Below, one piece after another: positions 12,182 through 25,802 of a stretch of 64,000 nucleotides of DNA; within the stretch, counting starts at the first letter, position 1, and every line of letters begins with the position of its first letter. Under the pieces are notes generated by a model, which worked only from the letters and a program-made list of their open reading frames with translations, searched no databases and was not told where the DNA came from. Position numbers and translations under genes: made by a program. Origin of the DNA: Eledone cirrhosa (lineage: Eukaryota). Location: NCBI GenBank assembly GCA_964016885.1, contig OZ024748.1:32922001-32986000 (forward strand), written 5' to 3'.

Positions 12182-12753
12182 ATAAATAAGTAAATTAAAT
12201 TAAATAAAATAAGATAAATAAATACATACACAAGCACATAAACACACACTAGTCACCCAGCAGACACAACACTATACACACTAGTCACACATCACACATA
12301 ACACTATACACACACGCAAACGCATGCGCAAAGAAGACAAAATAAAATAAGATAAACAAACAAGCAAATAAATAAATAAATATATAGACAGACTGAACAA
12401 AAAAAAAAAAAATGGCGTAGACATACAACACAACAGGAGGAACAATGAATATAACACCACTGACGATGTTGCAGATGTGCAACGAAAGATTTATGTAAAC
12501 TATATATATATGTGTTTGTCTATATTGTATCTGTATTATTTTTGACCGCCGGTCAGTCAATGGCAACATTGAGGACCGAGTAAGTTAGATCGCAGATATA
12601 TATATATAAAAGACAGCGAGAAGCGAAAACCAACCAAACAGTGAGTGTGTTCTGTTATTAATTCTGGCAATATTACGCAAATATGACCCTCCCCAAATAT
12701 AACAATATCTGTTTCGACACACGATTTCATATAAAAAACCTCGCAAAACTAAT
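12182..12753 (+). repeat. PLE-A 3' UTR/pseudo-LTR plus a ~70-nt tail into the next ORF start
   Basis: Matches 8049-8619. The ATG recurs at 12683, giving a unit length of 4134 bp. Confidence 0.9.
12456..12496 (+). ncRNA. HHR-like core (PLE-A pLTR)
   Basis: Same motif as 8322-8362. Confidence 0.5.
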
Positions 12754-12795
12754 ATATATATATATATAAAAATATACACAGATATACATACACAT

Positions 12796-12850
<55 letters not shown>

Positions 12851-12908
12851 AACATACATACAAACATACATATACACATATATATAAATATATATATATA
12901 TACGTACG

Positions 12909-12946
<38 letters not shown>

Positions 12947-12949
12947 TAC

Positions 12950-12980
<31 letters not shown>

Positions 12981-13062
12981 CATACATATACACACACATA
13001 TATATACACGCACACACATACACACATATATATATACACACACACACATACACATGCATATG

Positions 13063-13127
<65 letters not shown>

Positions 13128-13326
13128 ATATATATACAAATATACACACACATACACAGACCTATACATAAGTATACACATATATATATACAGACATATA
13201 ACGCATATATACACACATATATATATATATATATATACACACACGCATACACACATACACACACGCACACACAAATATATATACACACACACTCTCTCTC
13301 ACGCACATATATATATATACACATAT

Positions 13327-13377
<51 letters not shown>

Positions 13378-13393
13378 CATAATATATATATAT

Positions 13394-13427
<34 letters not shown>

Positions 13428-13483
13428 CATATACATACACATACACACACATATATATATATATACGCCCCTGCCCACACAAC

Positions 13484-13514
<31 letters not shown>

Positions 13515-13554
13515 GTACACACATACACACACACACATATATATATATACACAC

Positions 13555-13614
<60 letters not shown>

Positions 13615-13619
13615 ACATA

Positions 13620-13823
13620 TATATATACACATATATATATATATATGTGTATATGTGTATATATATGTATATATCTGTGTATATATATGTATATATATCT
13701 ATATGTATTTGTGTGTATTTGTATACACATGTATATTTGTGTTTGTATGTATGTGAGTGTATTTATATGTGTATATATGTGTGTGAGTGTATATATATGT
13801 ATGTGTGTGTGTATGTATATATA

Positions 13824-13870
<47 letters not shown>

Positions 13871-14587
13871 GTGTATGTATATGTATGTATATGAATATAT
13901 TTATATATATGTGTGTGTGTGTTTTTATGTGTGTATATGTGTTTGTGTGTGTGTTTATGGTTGCACGTGAGTGTGTGAGTGAGTATGTTTTTTTGTGAAT
14001 GTGTCTGTTGATTTTTGGAATATAGTTGATTAGTTTAAGAGAAGTTCGAACATAATTGTAAGATATGCACTCAGTATTTTGAATCTGTCTACAGAATTCT
14101 CTAGACCTTTGTCACTTAGTAGAACCTTAATGATTTTAGCTTTTAAAGAATCTCCCTTTTCTTTAATTCTATCGACCATGACTGACCCCCCACTGATCTT
14201 ATAGACATCTGTTTGCTTAAGAGAAACTTAATGACAAGGAATGGTATGCCATCCGGAACCTGTTTATAGAATTCTGTCTGCCCTTGTTACTCTAAAAACA
14301 TAAATAAATAAAAATAAACTATAGCTTTGTAGAATTAGCTTTTAATGAATTCCCTTTTCTATCAACCAATGACCTACACCCATCCCACTCCCCACCCTCT
14401 CCTACCACTTGTAGAGACCTATAAATACCATTTTTATTTTTTGATACCCAGATTCCTGATGATTTCTAATGAATGAAACAGTTCTAGTCCTGTAGAATCT
14501 CATCTATATTAAAACTTTTATACTCTGCTATGTATTGAGTACCTTACTTACTGTGGTTACCTCCGATTCAACCCGGAATAACGTACA
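13620..14587 (+). mobile_element. Family C element, right arm of the inverted repeat, with a ~70-nt extra tail
   Basis: Reverse complement of 3154-4085. Tail 14516-14587 is absent from the left arm and ends in (TA)n. Confidence 0.8.
14450..14500 (+). ncRNA. Type I hammerhead ribozyme (family C)
   Basis: agattc-CTGATGA-t-ttc-taat-gaa-t-GAAA-cag-ttctagtc-ctg-TA-gaatct. All three stems close and the site is GUA. Confidence 0.85.
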
Positions 14588-14589
14588 TA

Positions 14590-15506
14590 TATATATATAT
14601 ATATATATATATTACACACACAGAAATGTATATATATTTCTGTGTGTGTATATATATATATTACACACACAGAAATGTATATATATTTCTGTGTGTATAT
14701 ATATATATTTCTGTGTGTATATATATATATATTACACACACATAAATGTATATATATTTCTTTGTGTATATATATATATTACACACACACAAATGTATAT
14801 ATATTTCTGTGTGTGTATATATATATATATTACACACACAGAAATGTATATATATTTCTTAGAACAAAATTATTATTAATGTTTTGCTGTTCATAACAAT
14901 TGGAATTGAAAAATTACTTTTGAAATTATTAGTTATTTTACTAATGCTTAGATATGTAAAAATGAAGCAATGTTTCTAATAATTGTTTCTACTATTGGCA
15001 CAAGGCCAGCAAATACCCAGTACATTACTGGTACTTTATTTTATCGACCCCGTGAGGATGAAAGGCAAAGTTAACCTCGGCGGTATTTGAACTCAGACCG
15101 TAAAGGGACGTAACTCCATGCTATGAAGCATGGTGTCCGACTCTCTACAGATTCTGCCAATGCACCGCCCTAATGTCTGTACGTAATGAGGGAGTGAGAG
15201 GGGAGAGAAAGAAAGGCAGAGGTGAAGTGACGAAGTGACTCTCTCTTCCTCCTCCTCCATCTCCCCATTCGTCACAGCGATAGAGGGGAGGAATGTTTGT
15301 ATGTTACAAAGAGAAAGACTGAGAGTGAGAGAAACGGACAGACTAAAAGAGAGGGATAGCTGGAGAGAGAGAGAGAGATAGCAACAGATACAGTACAGTA
15401 GCTAAGGGATGTATATATATTTCTGTGTGTATATATATACATTTCTGTGTGTGTAATATATATATATATATACACACAGAAATATATATACATTTCTGTC
15501 TGTGTA

Positions 15507-15539
<33 letters not shown>

Positions 15540-15557
15540 GAAATATATATATATTTC

Positions 15558-15590
<33 letters not shown>

Positions 15591-15785
15591 TACACACACA
15601 GAAATGTATATATATTTCTGTGTGTGTATATATATATATATATATATTACACACACAGAAATGTATATATATTTCTGTGTGTATATATATATATATTACA
15701 CACACAGAAATGTATATATATTTCTGTGTGTATATATATATATATATATATTACACACACACAGAAATGTATATATGTTTCTGTA
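14590..15785. repeat. Palindromic ~45-55-bp minisatellite in two blocks (14590-14860 and 15410-15785), interrupted by a SINE
   Basis: Unit ttacacacacagaaat-gtatatat-atttctgtgtgtg-(ta)n. Confidence 0.8.
14980..15170 (-). mobile_element. SINE (CORE/MIR-like); other copies at 25395-25515, 37485-37655 and 55400-55610
   Basis: Shared gagttcaaat.ccgccgagg...tttgcctttcatcct..ggggtcgataaaataaagtaccag with a B-box-like gagttcaaat. Confidence 0.7.
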
Positions 15786-16127
15786 GCGCTCCTCAATTCC
15801 CGCCTCTCTCCCTCCCGATATCCCCCTCTTGTAGTCTGTCTCTTTCTTTCACTCTCTCTCTCTCTACGCGTGCGCAAAAAACATTCGCGTGCGCGCACGT
15901 GTTTCCACTGTCGGGCAGACAGACAGAGAAATTGCTGGTTATATATTATAAGGAGATTAGGTTGATATGTGGTCTAAAATATATATATTGTCTATAATTG
16001 ACTGACAGCAGATGTTCTGGTGAAATAGTAGTTTTACTACTATAGATTGTAATGGAACTCTTAGTAGACACAATTGTTAAGTAAGAATAGATATGACAGT
16101 GTAAGACTGATGTCGGGGAATTAAAAT

Positions 16128-16164
<37 letters not shown>

Positions 16165-16172
16165 GTTACACA

Positions 16173-16232
<60 letters not shown>

Positions 16233-16750
16233 GTTACACAAGATATAATTGGATTAATTTAAGTTATAATGAAGACAGCAGGTCTTTGAGAATGTTTCAA
16301 CTCTCTTACCGGTGTCATACGTTATAAAATCCCTGATATAATTTAATACATTCAGACACAGTTCCAATCGTATTTAATTAATTGTAAATCAGAAAGTATC
16401 ACTCATTAAAATATCAATTATATATCAATAAGAGAACCGCTACGTAGTCTCTCTGACTGCTAGAAATAGCAGCGATATTATCCATTACAACTTAGTTTTT
16501 TTGTTTAAAATCTCCAAACTTTAGTTATACAATCAACAGCAAGACTTTTGTACAGACTTCAGAATAAACTTGAAGACCGTCAAAATATCATTCTCCTTCT
16601 CTCTCTCTTTAAGCAAAGAATCGTTGCTTTGACCCTTAACGGTACCTTCTGAAATTCTTTTAATAAACAGTTGCTCTATGGCTTATATATACATATATTA
16701 TTCTAATCGAGCCCCCTCTGGATTTTGGTCTTAACATTTATATATATATA

Positions 16751-17671
16751 CTAGCAGTAAAGCCCGGCGTTGCTCGGGGTCGCTCAGTAGCTGTGTTAAA
16801 GTTACAATGTTAAGTTTCTTTCTTGGCTTAAAAACTGTAGTGTCTACTGTGCAGACTTGCATGTGGTGTTTTTGATTAATATTCCCTCAACCAACAATAT
16901 GCCTTATGAAGTTAAGAAAACATAACGATAACCCGAATGTTATAACAAAAGAGGATGCTGGGGATAGAAACTGCACTGGTTATTTATTAACAAAGATCGA
17001 AAATGTAAACACTGCAACGCAGAGAAAAACATTAGCGTAACCAAATTATCAGTTATGTCTGTCTGCACGCCTATATCACCTCTCTGCACGACTGTCTGTC
17101 TGCACGCCTATATCACCTCTCTGCACGACTGTCTGTCTGCACGCCTATATCACCTCTCTGCACGACTATCTGTCTGCACGCGTATATCACCTCTCTGCAC
17201 GACTGTCTGTCTGCACGACTGTCTGTCTGCACGCCTAACGACGAAATATTTGCTTGTTTTACGTAGTCTTTAAATAGACTTGTTTTCAAGTAAAAATATT
17301 GTTTTAAAATGCTTTTAAATGGAAATGAAGCAAAACGGAAGCTTAGTGTTCGAACTGATGAATTTTGTTCGTGTATTGTGTTAATGTCATTTTAAACGCT
17401 GAGAAAGCCAGCGTAATTTTTTACGTAAGACGCTCAATGTAAACAGAACAAAGGGAAATAACTGATAACTTACGCTCAAAAATCGATACATTATATTCGA
17501 TTTCGTCACATAGGGTGAGTCAATTTGAAATTTTTTTTTTTTTCCGATGTCTTCGCTAGGGCTCAATGTACAAGTATAGCAATTTCGGTGCAATTCCGTG
17601 AGAGATTCTAAGAGGAGATGTATGCCAAAAATCGATAGACAGACAGACAACCACAGTTTTATATATATAGA
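16751..17671 (-). mobile_element. Non-autonomous Helitron with an internal 37-bp minisatellite
   Basis: 5' A|TCTATATATATAAAAC, 3' hairpin cccgagcaacgccggg followed by CTAG|T. Unit tgtctgtctgcacgcctatatcacctctctgcacgac repeats about 4.5 times at 17056-17235. Confidence 0.75.
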
Positions 17672-17887
17672 TATATATATATTTATATATGTAGATAAAT
17701 CTACCAAGAGTTTACGGTAGTGTCCAATCCGTATGAAGAACTCAATGTAATCCGGATATCATGGAAAGAAGAGATGCAATGAAAAATCACTTTCGGTGAA
17801 AGATAAACGGAATACAGAGTCAAGATAAAATATTTAAAAAATAATGAATAAAACAATGAAACAGTTCCTTATATTAAACAAAAAAAG

Positions 17888-18042
17888 TTCATTATTTAAC
17901 GATCGTTTCTAGGATATATATGTGTTAGAATTGGCATGCATATTCAACAGATCTATGTACAAAATTATACAAAATTATACAAACTATCAAAATTAAATAT
18001 ACATACCAAACACATATATATGCCGTCTTCAGAAATAATGAA
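17888..18042 (-). ncRNA. HHR with 116-nt stem II (PLE-B)
   Basis: Reverse complement of 24104-24258. Confidence 0.75.
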
Positions 18043-18626
18043 ATATATTTATTGATAATAACAACAATTCAAAATTTCAGGTCTGTTTGGGAACAAAATT
18101 CAAATTGACCAATGAAAATACAAAAAGTTTATACAGTTAGGTGTGTGTATATACATTTAAGTAACTTCGTTCACAGATATGCATAAAGATATATGTTCAC
18201 ATGCATACGCATGCCAAAAAGATGTATGTAAATACAAAAATTCAAGGCTAATGTCTCTGTAAGTTTATAATCTACAGATAAAATGCGTATACACACATAA
18301 ATATAAATAAATATATACACACATTCATATACTCACACATATTCGTACATTCACACACACACGCGCGTATACGCATAAACATACACACAACCACGAACAT
18401 ACATATACACATACACCCCCACACACATATATATGTGTATATACTATTATCATAAGCATATGGACATTAATGCACGCACATAAACACTGCCACACACATT
18501 TAGATCCAGATACAGAAATTAGGTGGGGGGGGGGGGCAGTATTCAACGGTGTCAGCAGACTGCCTATTTATAAATGTATCTATAAACTTAGAAATAAAAA
18601 GAAAAAGAAAAAAGAAATATATCAAG

Positions 18627-18672
<46 letters not shown>

Positions 18673-18719
18673 CACACACACACACACACACATATATATA
18701 CATATATATATATACATAC

Positions 18720-18764
<45 letters not shown>

Positions 18765-19153
18765 CATACACACATATATATATATATATAAACAAGTAAA
18801 ATATAAAATATACATCGATATACATACATATACATATATATATATATATATACACACACATAGACACACATACATATACATACATATACATACACATATA
18901 CACAAACATATAGATACACCTACATATACATACACATACCATATAAATACACATACACATACACACACGCATACATATAGAGGCACATACATATACACAT
19001 ATAAATACATAGACATATACACATATACACACATATATATATATATTTATATATATATACACACATACACGCATACACATATATATATATATATATACAT
19101 TCACAACACACGTATACATATACATACATATACACATATATATATATATATGC

Positions 19154-19186
<33 letters not shown>

Positions 19187-19301
19187 GACACATCTACACA
19201 CATATATATAAACACACTCATATATATACACACATACACATACATACCCACATATAAATATATATACATATATATATATACATACACACACATACACATA
19301 C

Positions 19302-19350
<49 letters not shown>

Positions 19351-19458
19351 CATATATATATACATATATATACACACCCACATACATATATATACACACA
19401 CACATACACATACACATATATAAAGATATATATACACACACATACAGATATAATAAAT

Positions 19459-19489
<31 letters not shown>

Positions 19490-19491
19490 CA

Positions 19492-19523
<32 letters not shown>

Positions 19524-19865
19524 CATATATACATACACACACATATACACACATACATACATATACACACACATACATACACACACATACATACTCATAC
19601 ATAGACATACATATATACTCACACACACATACACACTTACATATACGCATATATACAAATACATACACATCCATACATGCGTATATACATACAAACACCA
19701 CCACACGCTCACACAACTCGGACATACAAAGAAAAAGGTATATACATACATATATATACATATATAAATAGAGATACATATACATATATAAATATATACA
19801 CACGTACACACATAAACACACATACATACACATACATACACACATACATATATATACACACACAA

Positions 19866-19910
<45 letters not shown>

Positions 19911-20173
19911 TATATAAACATATACACATATATACATATACATACACATACATATATACATACATACACATACACACACACATATATATATATAAAAAAA
20001 TAAAGAAATAAGATAAATAAATTAATTAATTAATTAATACACACAGTCAGACAAATATGCACACACATACATATATATATACATACACATATATATATAC
20101 ACATATATACACATATATATATACATATACACACATATACATACACATATAAATACACATACACACATCAACT

Positions 20174-20208
<35 letters not shown>

Positions 20209-20420
20209 TATATATATATATAAATAATATATATATATATATACATATATACACACTCACATATATATGCGCACATACGTACACATATACACATACACAT
20301 ATATACATAGACATATACATGTGCATACATGTACATACACACATATACCCACATAGATACATAGATACACATATATATAGACATACATATACACACACAT
20401 ATATAGACACACATATACAC

Positions 20421-20457
<37 letters not shown>

Positions 20458-21636
20458 CACACAGTCATACACCCTTATTTGCATGCGCACATATGTATTT
20501 TTATACTCACATACAAACACCCAAACATACATACCTACCTACATATACATACATACATCCAGGCTTACAAATAATAATAGTAGGGGGGGGGGGGGGGGGA
20601 TTATAGTAAATATATATTTCAAGAAACATAGAATATTAATCTGCATTTAGATCATAATATGTGTTTACATAGTTTCAGTATTAGGAAATGTAAGAAAGAA
20701 GGCAAAATTATGCATTTCAATATAAGTATACCATTAATTATAGGTTAACTAAACTAAAGATAGTTAATATATTGATTTCTAAGGTGTATACTACTTAGGT
20801 TTATAATATTTGAAGCAGAAATTTGAAGTTAAATAGTAGTAGAGTATTAATTATAGTATAACTAAATTAAAATTATTAACGTTATGGTATCAATATTAGG
20901 AAACGAAATTAGTAATAGGGAAAAAACAAATAAAGTATTACATCGGTAGTAGAATATAAATTATAGGTTAACTAAATTAAAAATTATATATTAATTTCTA
21001 TAGTATATGTTAATTAGGTTTATAATAATTAAAACAGATATTGTATTTTATCTATATTAGAATATAATTATAGGTAAACAGAAATTAAAATTAATACATA
21101 CACATATACATATACATATATATATACATATATATATATATACACATACATATATATACACATACATATACATATTTTTTCAAAAATTGCAAAGAATATA
21201 TTAACTAGGTATACATCCAAAACCTATCTCATTCTATGATTACATGACACTCTGCAATCCATCTGTATTAGGATACTAATTTTAAGCCTATTAAATTAAA
21301 TTTTTAGGTTGACCAAATTTAAAACCAAATTATAAATATATTTCTAAAATGTACATTAATTAGGTCTATAATACTAAAAATTATTTCTCTGTCATTGAAT
21401 ACACGATATTTTGTTATATTTTATCTGTAAAGGAATTTTAATAAAAGGTTAAATAAATTAAAATTAATCTATAAATTAATTTATTAAGTATATATTAGTA
21501 ATATTTAAAAGTCTTTCGCAATTTATGATTACACAATATTTTATAATCTCATCTGTAGTAGAATTTTAATTAAATTAAATTTATAGGTTAACTAACATTT
21601 AAATTAAATTATATATTAATTTCTAAAATAATGTTA

Positions 21637-23386
21637 TTAATTAGGTTTATAATATTTAAATGTTTTTCTTAGTTTATGATTACACGATATAATTAATTCC
21701 TGTCGTTTATTTAATAGGATATCCTTAGATTTCATTATTTCAAATAGTTCTTGGGAACATAATCTACATTCATTTCTATTATTTTGATAAGGGGTGGCTC
21801 TTTTGAGCACACTCCAGGTCAAATCATATTCTATATTCTTATTTTTATAACTATTGATTTTTTCTGCTAGAGATGTTGTATTAGCCAGTGCGGCATTTTT
21901 AAAACTATGTTTGTGGGTATTAAACCTTGCCTTAAAATTGTTAGAAGTAGCTCCTATATATGAGCAAATAGAATCTTTAGTTTTAACATTACATTTATAA
22001 ACTATGTTGTTAACAAGACAATTTCCTTTTAATGGGCAGTTTGCTTTGTTTCTACAGTTACAACCTTTCGTTAATACTGTATTTGAGGAGATATTATGGT
22101 TAGTTTGATGTATTGGTGGTATACTTATGGTTTTCTTACATTTATATGCATTATAGGCACTTATATTTTGTTTTATGTTATTTGTTGTTGAGTATGAGAA
22201 TTTAACTGTAGACCTATTTAAGATTTGATGGTATTTGTGGTTTGGCGGGAAGTTTTTCTCTAGGATATAAACAAATTTTTTAGCAATATTATCCTTAATT
22301 TGTAAATTAAATGGAGCATTATACCAAGTAACCCGTCTATTACGGTTTCTATGTTGTTTATTATTTTTATAGGTTGTATCGTGATGTTTACTAGGAGGAT
22401 TAATGTTAATGATCTCACCACGCACATTTTTAGTTATATTTGTAGGTTTAGGTGTTTTATCTTGTTTATTAGGAGTTTTATTATTAACATTTATTAGAGT
22501 TGTATGATGAGTAGTTTTTTGAGAGTTACTATACTTTATATTAGAAGATTTGGTATTTTGGGGTATAGTGTGGGTGGCATTTAGGTGTGTACTTTTCATT
22601 TGGTGTTTGTTGGTAATATTAGGTTGTATGTTTTTAGTATTTTTAGTAGAAGGTATATATTCTAATCTATTTTTGTGGCCACTTCTATCTAGAGCTTCGT
22701 TATAGAAGGTCGCATTTTTATCAAATACATCTTGGTTAGAAGAAAGGTTAGAAATTCTAAGTGATATATTATATGCAAGGTTTTTAAGGATAGATTTAGG
22801 GTGATTAGATTGTGAGTGTATGTAGTGTAAGTTTTGGTTGGGTTTATGGTAAGGTTGGTAGATACCCGTAGCTAAGTCTAAAGTTATATCTAGGAAATTT
22901 ACTACTTTACTTGTTTTTTCAAAAGTAATATTGAAGACTATAATAGTCTTTAAGGAAAGTTCTAATATGCTTTTTGTTTTTTTCTATTTCTGAAAGGCTA
23001 AGGTTGTTGGAAAGAAGAAGACAGTCATCACGATATAAACCACCTTTAAGGTGGGGAAAGGAGGCATTTATGTTGAAAAGGAGAAATAGGCCCACAAGAT
23101 CAGTAATTTGGGCGGAATCGCTTGAACCCATAGTAATATCAAATAGATTACTATATGTGTTTCTGGTCCAGTATTCATTCTGAAATTCAATAAGTGTTAG
23201 TCTAGCATGTGTAATAATATTAATGTCATCCAAAGTTAAGTTAGATCTATTTTTAGCAAATATCAATGCTTTGTTCAGGAGTATAGGTGATATAGAAGAA
23301 TAGTAATTATCTATATCAAATTGTAGAAATGAGGCAGAAGATTTACAGAAGATTTACATTTAATATTTTTAAACCAGTTAATTACC
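21637..23386 (-). pseudogene. PLE-B RT/GIY-YIG ORF remnant
   Basis: Fragments 21637-22599 and 22919-23266 match the ORF at 57079-59532. There is a +1 insertion near 22931 and an 11-bp duplication near 23335-23356. Confidence 0.9.
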
Positions 23387-23457
23387 ATATATATATATGT
23401 GTGTGTATGTATATGTATATATATATATATATGTATATGTATGTATATATATATATG

Positions 23458-23488
<31 letters not shown>

Positions 23489-24321
23489 ATGTGTGTATAT
23501 ATATATATATAATTTTCTTGATATATTTCTTTTTTCTTTTTATTTTTATTTCTAAGTTTATAGATACATTTATAAATAGGCAGTCTGCTGACACCGTTGA
23601 ATACTGACCTCCCCCCCCCACACCTAATTTCTGTATCTGGATCTAAATGTGTGTGGCAGTGTTTATGTGCGTGCATTAATGTCCATATGCTTATGATAAT
23701 AGTATATACACATATATATGTGTGTGGGGGTGTATGTGTATATGTATGTTCGTGGTTGTGTGTATGTTTATGCGTATACGCGCGTGTGTGTGTGAATGTA
23801 CGAATATGTGTGAGTATATGAATGTGTGTATATATTTATTTATATTTATGTGTGTATACGCATTTTATCTGTAGATTATAAACTTACAGAGACATTAGCC
23901 TTGAATTTTTGTATTTACATACATCTTTTTGGCATGCGTATGCATGTGAACATATATCTTTATGCATATCTATGAACGAAGTTACTTAAATGTATATACA
24001 CACACCTAACTGTATAAACTTTTTGTATTTTCATTGGTCAATTTGAATTCTGTTCCCAAACAGACCTGAAATTTTGAATTGTTGTTATTATCAATAAATA
24101 TATTTCATTATTTCTGAAGACGGCATATATATGTGTTTGGTATGTATATTTAATTTTGATAGTTTGTATAATTTTGTATAATTTTGTACATAGATCTGTT
24201 GAATATGCATGCCAATTCTAACACATATATATCCTAGAAACGATCGTTAAATAATGAACTTTTTTTGTTTAATATAAGGAACTGTTTCATTGTTTTATTC
24301 ATTATTTTTTTAATATTTTAT
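23387..24321 (+). repeat. Inverted copy of the PLE-B 3' end (inverted pLTR)
   Basis: Reverse complement of ~17825-18780. Confidence 0.9.
24104..24258 (+). ncRNA. Type I HHR with 116-nt extended stem II (PLE-B)
   Basis: ttcattattt-CTGAAGA-[116-nt hairpin]-GAAA-cgatcg-TT-aaataatgaa. Stem I is a perfect 10 bp and stem III is the palindrome AACGATCGTT. Confidence 0.8.
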
Positions 24322-24357
24322 ATATTTATATATATATTTATTAAAATAACAGATTAA

Positions 24358-24408
24358 AGTTTAAGCAAAGAATCGCTGCTTTCACCCTTAACTGGATCTT
24401 CTGAAACT
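24358..24408 (-). ncRNA. HHR variant with CAGAAGA core (family F)
   Basis: Minus strand reads agttt-CAGAAGA-tccagttaagggt-GAAA-gcagcgattctttgc-TT-aaact. Confidence 0.55.
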
Positions 24409-25201
24409 AAAAAAATCAATCTGTGAACGCAGAAGTAAATATTTTGACAACGTTGCAACCGAAGGAAGACAGGAAGACGATACTTTGGTTCGTGGAAACT
24501 TTCCAAGGCAAAGAACGGAAAAAAATCAAGATAATACGTCGTTATGTTGAGCGGAGAAACAATTACACGCAGACAAAACCACGTTTATGGTATAACTGAA
24601 GTCGTAGACTAATATTCTATTTAGGAAACCAAATGAGTCTCGACTTCAGAGTTCAGAATAATGTAAATAAATTATGGAGGTTATTGAAATCGAACAATAA
24701 TTAAATATATACATGCATGTATCCATCCATCCATATACGTACATACACATGCATACGTGAAAACACCCGCCATGGGTATGCAAATACAGGCACGTACACA
24801 AAAACACGCGCACACATACAAAACCCATGCAACGCCTGTACCTGCACCCATACGAACGTATACACCAAATACACATAAACCATATATAAAAAATATATAC
24901 ATGTGTGTGCGTGTGCGCGTATATACATATAATTATATAAACGTATATAAATATACACACATAAATACGTATATAATGCGCGCACACACACACCTACATG
25001 TAAATACACATGTTCGCTAAACGTACGTCAACCAAAACACAAAGTACACATATACACACACCCTATATACGTGCAAACCCACATTTTTATCCGTTCTTTG
25101 TCAGGGAACGTTTCAACGAACCAAAGTATCGTCTTCCTGTCTTCCTTCGGTTGCAACGTTTTTCGAATTATTTACTTCTGCGTTCACAAATTGATTTTTT
25201 T

Positions 25202-25251
25202 AGTTTCAGAAGCTCCCGTTAAGGGTGAAAGCAGCGATTCTTTGCTTAAAC
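25202..25251 (+). ncRNA. HHR variant (family F) with A9 changed to C
   Basis: gttt-CAGAAGC-t-ccc-gttaa-ggg-t-GAAA-gca..tgc-TT-aaac. Confidence 0.45.
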
Positions 25252-25518
25252 CTTTATCTGTTATTTTAATATTTGCTCTATGGTTCTTATATATATGATA
25301 CATATTTATCCTTACTGAGCCCTCTTTCGATTTTAGTCTTCAAATTTATTATTATTACTATATATATATATATATTACTATATATATATATTACGATCTG
25401 AGTTCAAATCCCGCCGAGGTTGACTTTGCCTTTCATCCTTACGGGGTCGATAAAATAAAGTACCAGTAATGCACTGGGTAATTGCTGGCCTTGTGCCTAA
25501 AGTAGAAACAATTATTAC

Positions 25519-25573
<55 letters not shown>

Positions 25574-25802
25574 AATGGTAGCTATGATGTCGGACACTTG
25601 CAATAATTTCGGAACAAATTTTCTCACTAAGAAAATTTACACATGTGTGTGCATGTGTGCGACGAACCTGCAGTTCTGGAATCAGACAGATCCATACAAT
25701 GATCGTGTCTTAAGCTGTCTGCCGGCGAAACAATTGTAACACACAATAAATTGAGTCCAGATGCATCACTGATTTTTCGTTTTATATTATATATATATAT
25801 AT

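Larger units (their letters stand above)
17690..23386 (-). mobile_element. PLE-B (Hydra-clade-like) 5'-truncated defective copy with ~4-kb 3' region
   Basis: Colinear reverse complement of 57795-63141 plus a 135-nt tail. Confidence 0.9.
24340..25350. mobile_element. Family F non-coding element with inverted arms (24340-24525 vs 25083-25270)
   Basis: The arms are reverse complements. A plus-strand homologue at ~39450-41400 is split by an RTE. Confidence 0.7.
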
